From Saprospirales bacterium (lineage in GTDB: Bacteria; Bacteroidota; Bacteroidia; Chitinophagales; JADIYW01): a stretch of DNA of 64,000 nucleotides. The notes under the pieces were generated by a model. The model searched no databases, had not been told where the DNA came from, and saw only the letters and a program-made list of their open reading frames with translations. The stretch lies in assembly GCA_016711605.1 (NCBI GenBank), contig JADJSS010000004.1, forward strand, positions 194,320 through 258,319, read 5' to 3'. Shown here piece after piece: positions 50,468 to 61,433 of this stretch; the stretch's first letter is position 1; every line of letters starts with the position of its first letter. The translations under genes and the position numbers were made by a program.

Positions 50468-51601
50468 ATGAATATAAACGATAGAATTGAAAACTACCTA
50501 CTTAAACGAAAAGAAGCACATCTTTTTCGTCAATTATCTGTAAATCAAATGCTTATTGATTTTTCATCTAATGACTATTTGGGTTTATCTAAGTCTGCAT
50601 ATATTAAACAACAAGTTGATATTGAATACAATATATTAAAAACTACAAAATCAGGTGCAACAGGTTCTCGTTTATTAAATGGAAACTCTTCTCTTTTTGA
50701 AGATTTAGAGCAATTGCTGGCTGATACGCATCATGCTGAAGCTGCATTACTGTTCAATTCTGGCTTTGATGCGAATGTTGGTTTGATTTCGACAGTTGCT
50801 CGACCGAATGATGTCATTTTTTATGATGAATTGGTACATGCATCTATTCACCAAGGTATGCAATTAAGTGACGCAAAACTGGTTGCTTTTGCACACAATG
50901 ATATGATTGATTTGGAAGAAAAGTTGAAATTGAAAGCTGTTGGTCAGATAGGTTTTATCATTACTGAATCGCTCTTTTCCATGGAAGGTGATCAGCCTGA
51001 TTTACAAAAATTAGCTGATTTAGCTTCAAACTACGAAGTTGAATTAATCATTGATGAAGCACATGCAACTGGACTTTTTGGCAGAAAAGGTGCAGGTTTA
51101 TGTAATGTTGCAGCAATAGAAACAAAGTGCTTTGCACGTGTTTATACTTTTGGAAAAGCCATTGGAAGCCACGGTGCAGTAGTGGTTTGCAGCCAAAAAC
51201 TAAAACAGTATTTGATTAATTTTTCAAAACCATTTATCTATTCAACAGCTTTAGAAACGCATAATTTATTGTCTGTGAAACATAGTTATTTTTATTTACA
51301 AAGTACTATAAATCAACAAATTAAATTAAATAATTTAATCTTTTACTTTAAAAATAAATTTCACTCATTAAAAACTAAATTTTCGCTCATTGGCGATGGT
51401 CCAATTTTTGGAATATTGGTTTCTGGTAATGAAAGCTGTCGAAAAATAGCCAAGCATCTTCAAGAAAATGGATTAGATATCCGACCAATTGTTGCACCAA
51501 CCGTTCCCAAAGGAACAGAACGATTGAGAATTATACTGCACAGCTATAATTCAAAAGAAGAAATTGATTTATTGTGCAATTTACTAACTGATTATCAATA
51601 G
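50468..51601 (+). CDS. bioF: 8-amino-7-oxononanoate synthase
   Basis: Alpha-oxoamine synthase pattern, DEAHATG, TFGKAIGSHG (PLP lysine). Confidence 0.9.
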   Translation: MNINDRIENYLLKRKEAHLFRQLSVNQMLIDFSSNDYLGLSKSAYIKQQVDIEYNILKTTKSGATGSRLLNGNSSLFEDLEQLLADTHHAEAALLFNSGFDANVGLISTVARPNDVIFYDELVHASIHQGMQLSDAKLVAFAHNDMIDLEEKLKLKAVGQIGFIITESLFSMEGDQPDLQKLADLASNYEVELIIDEAHATGLFGRKGAGLCNVAAIETKCFARVYTFGKAIGSHGAVVVCSQKLKQYLINFSKPFIYSTALETHNLLSVKHSYFYLQSTINQQIKLNNLIFYFKNKFHSLKTKFSLIGDGPIFGILVSGNESCRKIAKHLQENGLDIRPIVAPTVPKGTERLRIILHSYNSKEEIDLLCNLLTDYQ

Positions 51602-51610
51602 AATATAAAA

Positions 51611-52228
51611 ATGAAGAAATACATCATTGCTGGAATTGGAACCAATATTGGTAAAACAGTTACATCTGCAGTTTTAGTGGAGGCACTGCATGCTGATTAC
51701 TGGAAGCCAGTACAATCAGGTAATTTAAACGAAACGGATACTGATTTTGTGCGAAAATATGCAAAAAACCATCAAACTATTTTTCAAGAAGCATTTTTAT
51801 TAAAAGAGCCAGTTTCACCACATTTAGCTGCTAAATTAGAATCAAAAGTTATTGATATAGAACAGATTAAATTAGTTAATACAAATAATCACTTAATAGT
51901 AGAAACTGCTGGTGGTTTGCTTTCACCTTTATCAGAAAAATATTTATGTATTGATTTAATTAAAGAACTACAACTATCTGTTATACTTGTTTCTATGAAT
52001 TATTTAGGAAGCATTAATCATACCTTATTGTCAATTGAAGCATTAAAACAAAGAAATATTCCAATTGAAGGAATAATCTTTTGTGGTGATCCAAATTTTG
52101 AAACTGAAAGATTTATTTTAGAATATTCTAAAATACCTTTACTTGGTAAAATTCCATTTACTGACAATTTGACGCAAGAATTTATTTCAGAACAAGCAAA
52201 ACAATTTAGTCATCTACAAGGTAATTAG
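51611..52228 (+). CDS. bioD: dethiobiotin synthase
   Basis: GTNIGKT P-loop, ETAGG; operon position. Confidence 0.85.
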   Translation: MKKYIIAGIGTNIGKTVTSAVLVEALHADYWKPVQSGNLNETDTDFVRKYAKNHQTIFQEAFLLKEPVSPHLAAKLESKVIDIEQIKLVNTNNHLIVETAGGLLSPLSEKYLCIDLIKELQLSVILVSMNYLGSINHTLLSIEALKQRNIPIEGIIFCGDPNFETERFILEYSKIPLLGKIPFTDNLTQEFISEQAKQFSHLQGN

Positions 52229-52247
52229 ATAAAATAATTGTAATTTT

Positions 52248-52272
52248 GATACTATCAAATGATACTATCAAA
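52248..52272 (+). promoter_or_regulatory. perfect tandem direct repeat GATACTATCAAA x2 immediately upstream of the Fic gene
   Basis: Copies at 52248-52259 and 52261-52272, ending 3 nt before the ATG at 52275. Confidence 0.4.
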
Positions 52273-52274
52273 AA

Positions 52275-53237
52275 ATGAAACCACCGTTTGAAGTTACCAA
52301 TACAATCTTGAAATTAATTTCATTAATTTCTGAAAAAATTGGTGAAGTCAATGCCAAATTTTTAGATAAACAAAATCCACAATTACGAAAACAAAATAAA
52401 ATTAAAACTATTCATTCCTCTTTGCAGATTGAAGGTAACACACTAACTATTGAACAAATTACTGCAATTGTTGAAAATAAGCGTGTGGTTGGTCCACAAA
52501 AAGATATTGTAGAAGTTATTAATGCAATTGAGGTTTATGATAATTTATCAAAATTTAATCCAACTATAGAAAATGATTTTCTGCTTGCTCACCAAATGTT
52601 GATGAAAAACCTCATTCAGAATAGTGGTAAATATAGAACTCAATCTGTTGGAATTGTGAATGGAACTATCGTTAAACATATTGCACCATCTTACCAGAAT
52701 GTACCTTTTTTGATGAAAGATTTATTTAATTATTTAAATTCAGATGATGACATTGCTTTACTTAAAAGTTGTGTTTTTCATTATGAAATGGAATTTATTC
52801 ATCCGTTTACAGATGGAAATGGAAGAATGGGACGGCTTTGGCAAACGCTTATTTTAATGTACTCGTATCCTGTTTTTGAGTATTTACCTTTTGAAACTTT
52901 AATTAGCAAAAATCAAGATAACTACTATGCAGCACTTTCTATGAGCGATAAACAGGGAAAGTCAACTATTTTTATCGAATTTATGTTGAACATTATTTAT
53001 CAGTCGCTGTCTGAATTAACTAATTATAACAACAGAATAATAAAAGACACAGATAGAATAGATTATTTCATAAATAAAAATATAAATGAGTTTTCCAGAA
53101 AAGATTATCTAAACATATTTAAAGAATTATCAACTGCATCAGCCAGTCGAGATTTAAAAAAAGGTGTAGAATTAGGTTATTTTGAAAAAACTGGCGACAA
53201 AAAATTGACAATTTACAGACTTAAAAAGAATCAATAA
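52275..53237 (+). CDS. fic: Fic family protein (AMPylase-type) with N-terminal inhibitory motif and C-terminal winged-helix-like domain
   Basis: HPFTDGNGRMGR matches HxFx(D/E)GNGRxxR; SLQIEG matches (S/T)xxxE(G/N); C-terminal STASASRDLKKGVELGYFEKTG. Confidence 0.85.
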   Translation: MKPPFEVTNTILKLISLISEKIGEVNAKFLDKQNPQLRKQNKIKTIHSSLQIEGNTLTIEQITAIVENKRVVGPQKDIVEVINAIEVYDNLSKFNPTIENDFLLAHQMLMKNLIQNSGKYRTQSVGIVNGTIVKHIAPSYQNVPFLMKDLFNYLNSDDDIALLKSCVFHYEMEFIHPFTDGNGRMGRLWQTLILMYSYPVFEYLPFETLISKNQDNYYAALSMSDKQGKSTIFIEFMLNIIYQSLSELTNYNNRIIKDTDRIDYFINKNINEFSRKDYLNIFKELSTASASRDLKKGVELGYFEKTGDKKLTIYRLKKNQ

Positions 53238-53238
53238 T

Positions 53239-54504
53239 ATGCATTTATCCAAAATCGATCAACAAAATATTTGGCATCCGTTTACGCAACATCAAACAGC
53301 AAGTGAAAATTTGGTGATTGTAAAAGGTAAAGATGCGATTTTGACCGACGAGCATGGAAACGAATATATTGATGCGGTTTCAAGTTGGTGGACGAATATA
53401 TTTGGTCACTGCAATGAACATATTTCCAAACGTATCAAAAAGCAATTGGACGAATTAGAGCATGTGATTTTTGCAGGTTTTACGCATCCAACTGCGATTG
53501 AGCTTTCTGAAAAACTGCTTGCTATTTTACCAAAGAATCAAACAAAAATCTTCTTTTCTGATAATGGTTCGACTTCGGTTGAAGTAGCTTTGAAGATGGC
53601 TATTCAGTTTTGTCACAACCAAAACCAACCAAAAAACACCATCATTGCGTTCAAAAATGCCTATCATGGCGATACATTTGGAGCGATGTCGGTTGGTGCG
53701 CGTGGAACTTTTAACCAGCCATTTGAACCATTTTTGTTTGATGTGGATTTTATTGATTTGCCCAATGAAGCCAATTTTGAACACGTTCAACATGAATTTC
53801 AGCAGATTATTCAAGAAAAAAAGGTAGCAGCGTTTATTTTTGAACCATTAATTCAAGGTTCGGCTGGTATGTTGATGTATGAAGCAAAATTTTTGGATAA
53901 ATTGGTCGATATAGCACAACAAAATCAAGTAATTTGTATTGCTGATGAAGTAATGACTGGTTTTTATCGTACAGGAAAAATTTTCGCAACAGACCATTTG
54001 ACAAATAAACCAGACATTTTTTGCATTTCGAAAGGTATAACTGGTGGTTTTTTGCCATTTGGAATTACGAGTTGTTCGCAAAAAATCTACGATGCGTTTT
54101 TAAGTAATGATAAACTAAAAACATTTTTTCACGGACATTCATACACAGGAAATCCGCTGGCTTGTGCGGCTGCCTGCGCGAGTTTGGAATTAATACATGA
54201 TGCACAATTAACGATTAACAATTTAGTTGAATGGCAAAGTCAATATTTATCAAAACTAAAATCAAACACAAAAATTGAAAATTTACGTCAAACTGGTACA
54301 ATCGTGGCTTTTGATGTAAAAACAGATGCTTCATCCAATTATTTCAATAATATTCGCGATTTTTTGTACGATAATTTTATAAAACGCGGCGTTTTACTGC
54401 GACCGCTTGGCAACACCGTTTACGTTTTACCACCATATATTATCACCAAAGAGCAGTTGCAAAAAGTGTATGATGTGATTGATGAAGTGTTGGAAATTAT
54501 TTAA
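53239..54504 (+). CDS. bioA: adenosylmethionine-8-amino-7-oxononanoate aminotransferase
   Basis: Class III aminotransferase pattern, ADEVMTGFYRTGK, DIFCISKGITGG (PLP lysine). Confidence 0.9.
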   Translation: MHLSKIDQQNIWHPFTQHQTASENLVIVKGKDAILTDEHGNEYIDAVSSWWTNIFGHCNEHISKRIKKQLDELEHVIFAGFTHPTAIELSEKLLAILPKNQTKIFFSDNGSTSVEVALKMAIQFCHNQNQPKNTIIAFKNAYHGDTFGAMSVGARGTFNQPFEPFLFDVDFIDLPNEANFEHVQHEFQQIIQEKKVAAFIFEPLIQGSAGMLMYEAKFLDKLVDIAQQNQVICIADEVMTGFYRTGKIFATDHLTNKPDIFCISKGITGGFLPFGITSCSQKIYDAFLSNDKLKTFFHGHSYTGNPLACAAACASLELIHDAQLTINNLVEWQSQYLSKLKSNTKIENLRQTGTIVAFDVKTDASSNYFNNIRDFLYDNFIKRGVLLRPLGNTVYVLPPYIITKEQLQKVYDVIDEVLEII

Positions 54505-54687
54505 GTGTACAGCTTGTTTCTGACCATGGAATATCTATTTAAACTTTCTCTCTGCTCTTTGTGTCATGAATATAAAACTCAGCGCGATTACCACTGAATT
54601 GTTAGATTAGAAATATTAGATTTTCATTGCAATAAGATTTTCAAATTTATATGTTTAATTCTTAAATATAATTTAGCAATATTTTAT

Positions 54688-55150
54688 TTATTTATCACCA
54701 ACTTTATTATTCAAATCCTTAAATGCAAATATAATTTCGTGTAATTTTGGATGATGTTTTTCAATAAGCAAAGCATTAACAATTTCAATTCCTTCAATCA
54801 TAGCAATGCCATCTTCTTTTATAATATTTCCATCATTATATTTCCAAAACCAAGTGTCAAATTTTCGTTTGCGGCTAATGTTTCTTATCAGTTGTATCAC
54901 AAACATAAACTACAACGTTCTCAATTTTTGTAAAGAATTTTTTAAATACTTCAACAACAGTAATCCCAATTCTTTCATCAGTAATTGCTAGTCTTTCATC
55001 ACCATCAATTACGTCAATATTAAAAGTATAAATGAATTTAGCAATAGTTGGATAATCATCAAACATTGCACTATAATCTAAAAATAAATTTGATATGTAA
55101 TTCCTTGAGTCGTTACAAATTCATACGAAAAATCGTCTGCTTCAATTAAA
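54688..55150 (-). pseudogene. hypothetical gene broken into at least 3 frames
   Basis: Fragments YEFVTTQGITYQIYF, then MFDDYPTIAKFIYTFNIDVIDGDERLAI..., then ...KFDTWFWKYNDGNIIKEDGIAMIEG; the first junction is restored by one extra T in a T-run near 55085. Confidence 0.4.
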
Positions 55151-55309
55151 TTATATGGGTTTGACAAACTTGTATTTATCTTTTAGTTCAGATAATTTTC
55201 CACCATTTTGAAGATGTTTAGAAATAGCGTTTTTATCTTCCAACATTTTTTTGAAGATAGCAGCACCTTTTGAGTTTAAGGTTTTGTTTATTTTTTCTTT
55301 AACTTCCAT
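55151..55309 (-). CDS. small hypothetical protein
   Basis: 52 codons from MEVKEKINK; the ORF extends to 55354 and overlaps the comEC stop. Confidence 0.35.
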   Translation of the reverse strand: MEVKEKINKTLNSKGAAIFKKMLEDKNAISKHLQNGGKLSELKDKYKFVKPI

Positions 55310-55350
55310 TTCTATTGTAAAGATAATAAAAACTATATTAAACTGCAAGT

Positions 55351-57438
55351 TCACAACTCAATCACCAACGCTTTTTCGCTCAAATCCACAAATTTTAGGT
55401 TGTTCTCATTCAATAATTTTCTGAAGATTTTTAAATGGTAATTGTTGTTGTCGCTTGATAAAATGAGTTGCTGATATTGAAAATTTGCTTTCACACTTTC
55501 AATATTTAAGAAGCAATTGTCACTTAAAATTAAATAATCAACTTTCAACGGTGTTGAAAATGCTTTGCGCGTGTTGTCGTGATTCATTAAGTAAAAACTT
55601 TTTCCATTTATATACATCACATCTTTATTGCAATAAAAATTTTTGTTTGAAATAGAATCGTTGAGTAAGTAATTTTTGTAATCAGAAATTCTAAAATTGC
55701 GATAAGAGTTTTTGATGCAGAATGAAAACGATTTTTCTGAAATACTATCTTTTGAAATAATAATTTGTTGTTGATTTACGTTGCTTGCAATCACCAGATT
55801 TTTAGGAACAGAATAGATTATGATTTCGTTTTTTGAAATTTCATTTTTTGAATAAACAAACGACATCATAATAGTACATAAAAACAAACTTAAACAAGCC
55901 AATAAGAATTTTGGTTTTTGTTTTACGATGGATATTGTCAATAGAATAATGGCTATAAATAAAATCAATAATTGCCATTTGGTGATGTATAAATTAAAGA
56001 GTTTTCCAAATGGCAAATTTGAAAAGAAATAGGTGAGTTGTATAAAAATAGAAATGACAAATGAATTGACGAAACCAATTATTTTTGCTAAAAATGGAAT
56101 AAAACTAAATGGAATTAACGCAACACTTAACCATAAAATGACTGCTGATAATGGTATGGCAAAAATATTGGCGAATAAGAAATAAGTAGGAAAGTTTCCG
56201 AAGTAATAAATACTCAAAGGTACCGTAAAAACTTGCGCTGCCAACGATGCCGACCATAATTGCCAGGTCCAGTCAACTGCTTTATTTGGATGGTAAAAAA
56301 GTGCATAAATTGGTTTATAGAAAATAAATAAACCAAGCATGGCTAAGTATGATAATTGAAATCCAATATCATACAAATTATTTGGATCGATTAATAATTG
56401 CAGCAATGCAGCACCACCAAGTAAATTCAAGTTGTTAGAATTTTCTTTGCTGATTTTTCCATAATTCAATAAAGTAAACAGAATCGCGGCACGCACACAC
56501 GCAGCAGAAAAACCGGTGACAAATGCAAACAACCAAATGAACAACGTAATGAAAATGAATTTTGCAATTCTAATTTTCTTGTTTTTGTCTTTTATAAATG
56601 ACAATATAAAAAGCAGCATTCCATAAATAATACCAACATGCAAACCTGAAACTGATAAAATATGCAGAATACCTGTGTACGCAAATGCGTTGTATAATTC
56701 TACATCAATATTTGCACGATGACCTAATAATATTCCATCAGCCAGTGCAAAATTGGCTGGTTTTGGTATGTATATTTTTAAGAGAGTTTGTACATACTTT
56801 CCGATATTATCACTGATGCGTTTTACAAAAAGCGATTTATGTTTTGTTAGTAGTTGATATTGTTGCAGCGCAATATATTGCTGATGAAAAATAGATTTGT
56901 ATTTCAAATAATTTCTGTAATCAAATTGTCCAGGATTTTTTGGTGCTTCAACTGTATTGTATTTAAGATTAAACAATATTTCATCACCAATTTCTAATTC
57001 TTTTAGTGATGAATCTTTTGCTAAATAAACCAATAGCTTTCCGGTTGCTACATGCGTTTTTTCTAAGCTATCAATTGTTTCATTAACTTGAATTACAGTT
57101 TTATACGACTTATCTTTTTCTTGTAAAGATTCAAATATTATTCCTTTTGCAAATACTGCATTTTGCTTGCTAAAATGTAAATCCTGTGTTGAATATTTCT
57201 TATTGGTTGCCATTAAACCACCAACCAAAAACACAACAACATAAGCAATAGATGCACTTGCTTTTTTTATTGATAAATTGGAAACATTGTAATGAAATGC
57301 AATAAATAAAATGAAAATAAACAAACAGAAATACAAGCAATATTGAAATGGAATTGTAACTAAATTGAAAAGAAAAATTCCAGCAATGAGTGCTAAAACT
57401 ATTTTAATTAACGGTAAATATTTGAAATGAAAACCCAA
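55351..57438 (-). CDS. comEC: ComEC/Rec2 family competence membrane protein
   Basis: 695 aa; N-terminal TM pair plus OB-like segment, then a polytopic competence domain (GILHILSVSGLHVG). Confidence 0.8.
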   Translation of the reverse strand: MGFHFKYLPLIKIVLALIAGIFLFNLVTIPFQYCLYFCLFIFILFIAFHYNVSNLSIKKASASIAYVVVFLVGGLMATNKKYSTQDLHFSKQNAVFAKGIIFESLQEKDKSYKTVIQVNETIDSLEKTHVATGKLLVYLAKDSSLKELEIGDEILFNLKYNTVEAPKNPGQFDYRNYLKYKSIFHQQYIALQQYQLLTKHKSLFVKRISDNIGKYVQTLLKIYIPKPANFALADGILLGHRANIDVELYNAFAYTGILHILSVSGLHVGIIYGMLLFILSFIKDKNKKIRIAKFIFITLFIWLFAFVTGFSAACVRAAILFTLLNYGKISKENSNNLNLLGGAALLQLLIDPNNLYDIGFQLSYLAMLGLFIFYKPIYALFYHPNKAVDWTWQLWSASLAAQVFTVPLSIYYFGNFPTYFLFANIFAIPLSAVILWLSVALIPFSFIPFLAKIIGFVNSFVISIFIQLTYFFSNLPFGKLFNLYITKWQLLILFIAIILLTISIVKQKPKFLLACLSLFLCTIMMSFVYSKNEISKNEIIIYSVPKNLVIASNVNQQQIIISKDSISEKSFSFCIKNSYRNFRISDYKNYLLNDSISNKNFYCNKDVMYINGKSFYLMNHDNTRKAFSTPLKVDYLILSDNCFLNIESVKANFQYQQLILSSDNNNYHLKIFRKLLNENNLKFVDLSEKALVIEL

Positions 57439-57500
57439 CGAGTTGTTTTTTCAAAGATACATTTTTGTTGTATAAATTCTATATTGACTGAAAAATAAAA

Positions 57501-57531
57501 AAGTTCGGAATTCTTTAAGAGTTCCGAACTT
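57501..57531 (-). terminator. hairpin terminator downstream of yidC
   Basis: AAGTTCGGAA / TTCCGAACTT 10-bp stem with A/T flanks. Confidence 0.6.
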
Positions 57532-57602
57532 TTATAACTTTCATTTTTCAAGACACATTCTATGCGTCTCTATGCTATCACCATCATTTTCACTTTCTAA
57601 AA

Positions 57603-59517
57603 TTACTTTCCTTGTTTTTTCTTCATTTCTTCTTGTTGTTTCAACATCTCTTGCATTTTTGTTTGAAATGCATTTTGCTTCACTGGTTTCTTTTTATTTG
57701 CTTGAATTTCTAAATGAATTTTATCTTCATCTACAAAGAATTTTTGAATAATCCAGTTTTGTGCTAACGTAAGAATATTGAATAAAAAATAGTAATAACT
57801 CAAAGCAGCTGGCTGTTTGTTAAACATAAACAACAACATAATTGGCATCACATATTGCATGATTTTCATTTGTTGTGCCATCATATCAGCAGTTCCACCA
57901 CCACCAACTGATGCTGGTTGTTGTTGCTGCGTTAATTTTGTTACTAATATAGATGAAGCAGCCATTAAAATCGTAAATAAACTAATGTGGTTTCCTATTA
58001 ATGGAATGGCTGTTTTCCAAGTTACAATTGCATCAAAGCTAGATAAATCGGTTGCCCATAAAAATGGTTGTTGCCTTAATTCTATCGATGCTGGAAACAA
58101 TCGATACATGGCTATTAATATTGGCATTTGAAGCAACATTGGTAAGCAACCACCAAATGGACTCACACCAGATTGTGAAAATAATTTCATTTGTTCTTGT
58201 CCAAATTGTGCTTGGTCTGGAAACTTCTTTTTCAATTCGTCAATTTCTGGTTTTAGCACTTTCATCTTTGCCATTGACATTGATGATTTAAATGTAAATG
58301 GAAACGTAACTAATTTTATGATGATAGCTAATATCAAAATGATAATTCCATAATTTAGAGTAATTTTTTCTAATAAATGAAATATTGGTAAAATGAAAAA
58401 CTTGTTGATTAAAGATAAAATACTCCAACCTAATGGAACAATATTATCTAAACTTACATCCATTTTTTTCAATTCGTTAAATTTATTCGGACCCATGTAT
58501 AAACGCATTGGAAAACTAAATGCGTTAGAATTATTAAATGGAATTTGTAATTGTGTACTAAATGTTTTTACTGTATCAACTCCTTTTGTTGGTGTACTTA
58601 CTTTTATTTTTGCATCTTTATTAAATAATTCTTTCGATGCAATAAGCGATGTATTGAAGAATTTTTGTTTATAGGAAACCCATTGTATAGGTGACTCTAG
58701 TGTTTTTTCTTTATCATTTGTAAATTCATCATCTTCTTTTTCACCATTCATGTAATGCAATGAAGCATTGTAGCGCTCATCATCAATTCCACCTTCTTTT
58801 GCTGGAATATTTTGAGTCCAGTTTAATGTAATCGAATTGTTTGCAGGAATTACGTCAGCAAAATTAATTGCATTGATAGTAAAATCAGCAGCGTAACCTT
58901 TTCCGTTTAGAGTGTATTTGTGCTCATAAGTTTTACCATTTCCTAAATCTATTTTGTAAACTATATCTAATTTTTGATCACCAGAAATTTTTTGCGAAGT
59001 TGCAGAAGATGCAAAAAATAATTTTTCTGTTTCAATGATAGTTTTACTAGTATTTGCCAAAAATGAAAAGTTGAAATCAGAACCATGATCTTCAAATAAA
59101 ATCAATGGTTTTTTGGTTGATGTTTTGTAATCTTTTAAAACTACTTTTTTAATAACACCACCTTTGTTGGAAAATGTATAAATACAATCTTCATTTTCAA
59201 TAATAGTTAATTGTTCGTTAGCTTGTGCAAACGCAGCAAAACTACCTAAGTTTTGAGCTTGTGTTGAATCAGTTACATTTTTTAAGAACTCACTAGCATC
59301 CGTCTTTTTTCCAACTAAAGAATCAACTAAATTGGATGCTTTAGTTGAAGTTGCTGAATCACCAGTTGGATATTTAGAAGCATCTGTTTTTATTTTGGAT
59401 GCGTTTTTTCATATTCAGCTTGCTGTTTAACGTTGTAAATTTCAAAACCGAAAAATATCAACATGATTAATGCAATTCCAATTACTGTATTTTTATCAAA
59501 TCCCATTTTTTTTTAAT
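57603..59517 (-). CDS. yidC: membrane protein insertase YidC (one frameshift in the A-run at 59401-59410)
   Basis: GCLPMLLQMPILIAMY and the long Bacteroidota-type periplasmic domain; N-terminal MGFDKNTVIGIALIMLIFFGF...EYEK joins NASKIKTDASKYP... if one A is added. Confidence 0.9.
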
Positions 59518-59524
59518 TGAGTGC

Positions 59525-59532
59525 CAAAGGTA
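59525..59532 (-). promoter_or_regulatory. Bacteroidota -7 promoter box TACCTTTG upstream of yidC
   Basis: Exact TAnnTTTG match 8 nt upstream of the ATG at 59517, implying a very short leader. Confidence 0.35.
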
Positions 59533-60228
59533 CAAAATACACTCAACGTTGCAAAATCACTTGACTATGAAATGTTTAATTATTTTTAGCTAGTGTTAAA
59601 TAATTAAATTTTAACGTTTTAAATGGAACTTTCTTTTACTCAACTGTTTTTGGTCGGTCGACTTTGTGCCGTCTCTTGCAGCTATTTGGTGTGTAACCAA
59701 CAATCACCAACCAAATAAACCCAATGAACCAAAAATTAATACTTAATTTAACTTTAGCCGCCACGCAGGTAATGCTTAATTCCACCGCTACAATTATAGA
59801 AATACATATATAGGAGTTGATGCTGAGCTATCCAAAGCAAATACTTAGTGATTTTAAATAAATTGGCATATCACAATCATTTATGCTATCACAGCTGCTA
59901 CAAATGCTTTGGCTTTAAATATTATTCAGCAAAAAAATAATTTACGCTGTACCTTTAACTATTTATACATGCTCATCAACCTTAGTTGCAATAGCATCAA
60001 CTGCTTGTGCTGTATAGAAATTTAATACTGCTGTGGCATCAATAGCTAAAAAATAAGAAGTATAGCGTATTGCAATTATTTTATTGTTGATGCTTCAGCT
60101 TTTGCTACTAATGCTGAATAATTTACAATTTTTAACACATTTAATAAAATAAATAAAAATCACTATCGTTATCTATTTAACTGTACAGTATTTTTTAAAA
60201 TAATTTTTAACTTTTAATCAATAATAAA

Positions 60229-60858
60229 ATGTCAACAGGATATTTTCTGCCGAGCGATGATGCAGGCAAAGAGCTTTGGCTCAAAAATTTTGCAGCCAAA
60301 TTACCCACCTATGCTACTAAATATGCCATACCAACTTCTGATGTAACAGATATGCAAAAAAGTAGCACCTACTTTACCTTTATTTTAGATTATAACAATC
60401 AATTTAAAGACTACAGTAAAAAATTAACTGAGTACAAAAATGAAATGCGAAGTGGCAACACTCAAAATAATACACCAAGTGTATTGCCTCAAACGCCTAA
60501 TTTCGCTACCATTCCACCAGTAGTAGAACCTAGTATTTTCGATAGAGCCGTTTCAATTGCAAATCGTATAAAAAGCCACACAAAATACACGATAGCAGAT
60601 GGCACAGATTTAAGTATTGAAAGTTTACCAAAGCCACGAAAAGTGGTAGATGCCATCAATGCTAAACCATTGTTGCAATTGAGTTTAGTACAAGGCGGAC
60701 ACCCAGAAGTAGCATGGACAAAAAGCGGTTTCGATGCTTTAGAAATACATGTGGATAGAAGCGATGGCAAAGGTTTTGGTCCTGTTTCGGATGGTAGTTA
60801 CCTTTTTTTTGCGGGCTTTTTTTCGGAAGCATTGGACAAAAAAATCGCTTTGTTATAA
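60229..60858 (+). CDS. hypothetical protein in a compositionally atypical region (3' end probably frameshifted)
   Basis: 209-aa ORF, visibly more GC-rich than its neighbours; the last ~25 codons read through T- and A-runs and look non-native. Confidence 0.4.
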   Translation: MSTGYFLPSDDAGKELWLKNFAAKLPTYATKYAIPTSDVTDMQKSSTYFTFILDYNNQFKDYSKKLTEYKNEMRSGNTQNNTPSVLPQTPNFATIPPVVEPSIFDRAVSIANRIKSHTKYTIADGTDLSIESLPKPRKVVDAINAKPLLQLSLVQGGHPEVAWTKSGFDALEIHVDRSDGKGFGPVSDGSYLFFAGFFSEALDKKIALL

Positions 60859-61433
60859 ATAGACTTTTGTTTTTAAAGCAATGCCTTTTCGAGCCGCCTA
60901 AAGTTGGTTTTGTTCGAGTTCTATAAAAATTCAGCCAATTTCTTTTACAAACAACTTTATAATAAGTGGTTTTTTTTTTAGTTTCGTAAGAATAATGGCT
61001 TTATCCAAATGAACAACCACAACTTTTGGCGCTAAAAAGCCATCTACCGATTAGATAATACATTTTTGATTTTACTGCGGTTTTTGCAAACCTACGCGGT
61101 CGCTCTTTCCATTTTAGTGATTTATTTTATACTGTTTTAATTAGAATGAATAATGTGATAACTATCAAAACAGATGTAGTTTTTAATTACCTTTTATAAA
61201 GTTCCCCTTAATTTTTTATTTGCGTTTGGTAGGTTCGCGGCCGGTGGTTTTTTTACCAAACTTTCCCCAAGAATATTTTATTGGAACGTTCGAAGAATTT
61301 TATTTTCTTTTTATTAAATGTTTTTTGCGTTTATATTTTGTAGTATTTGGTTGTTTAAATTTTTTTCTGTTTGTTAGTATCTATATAAATAAAAACTATT
61401 CTATTTTTTGTATAATTGCAAACAACCATATAC

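Noticed and set aside
55351-57438. ComEC as part of a novel DNA-uptake system
   Set aside because: It is a single conserved ComEC/Rec2 gene in its usual housekeeping context. No other competence genes are adjacent.
61224-61259. GC-rich inverted repeat (TTTGGTA...GGTTCGCGGCC...TACCAAA) as a tRNA fragment or att site
   Set aside because: The GGTTCG resemblance to a T-arm is not accompanied by a pairing stem or an acceptor sequence. There is too little evidence, so it is only mentioned within the decayed-region finding.
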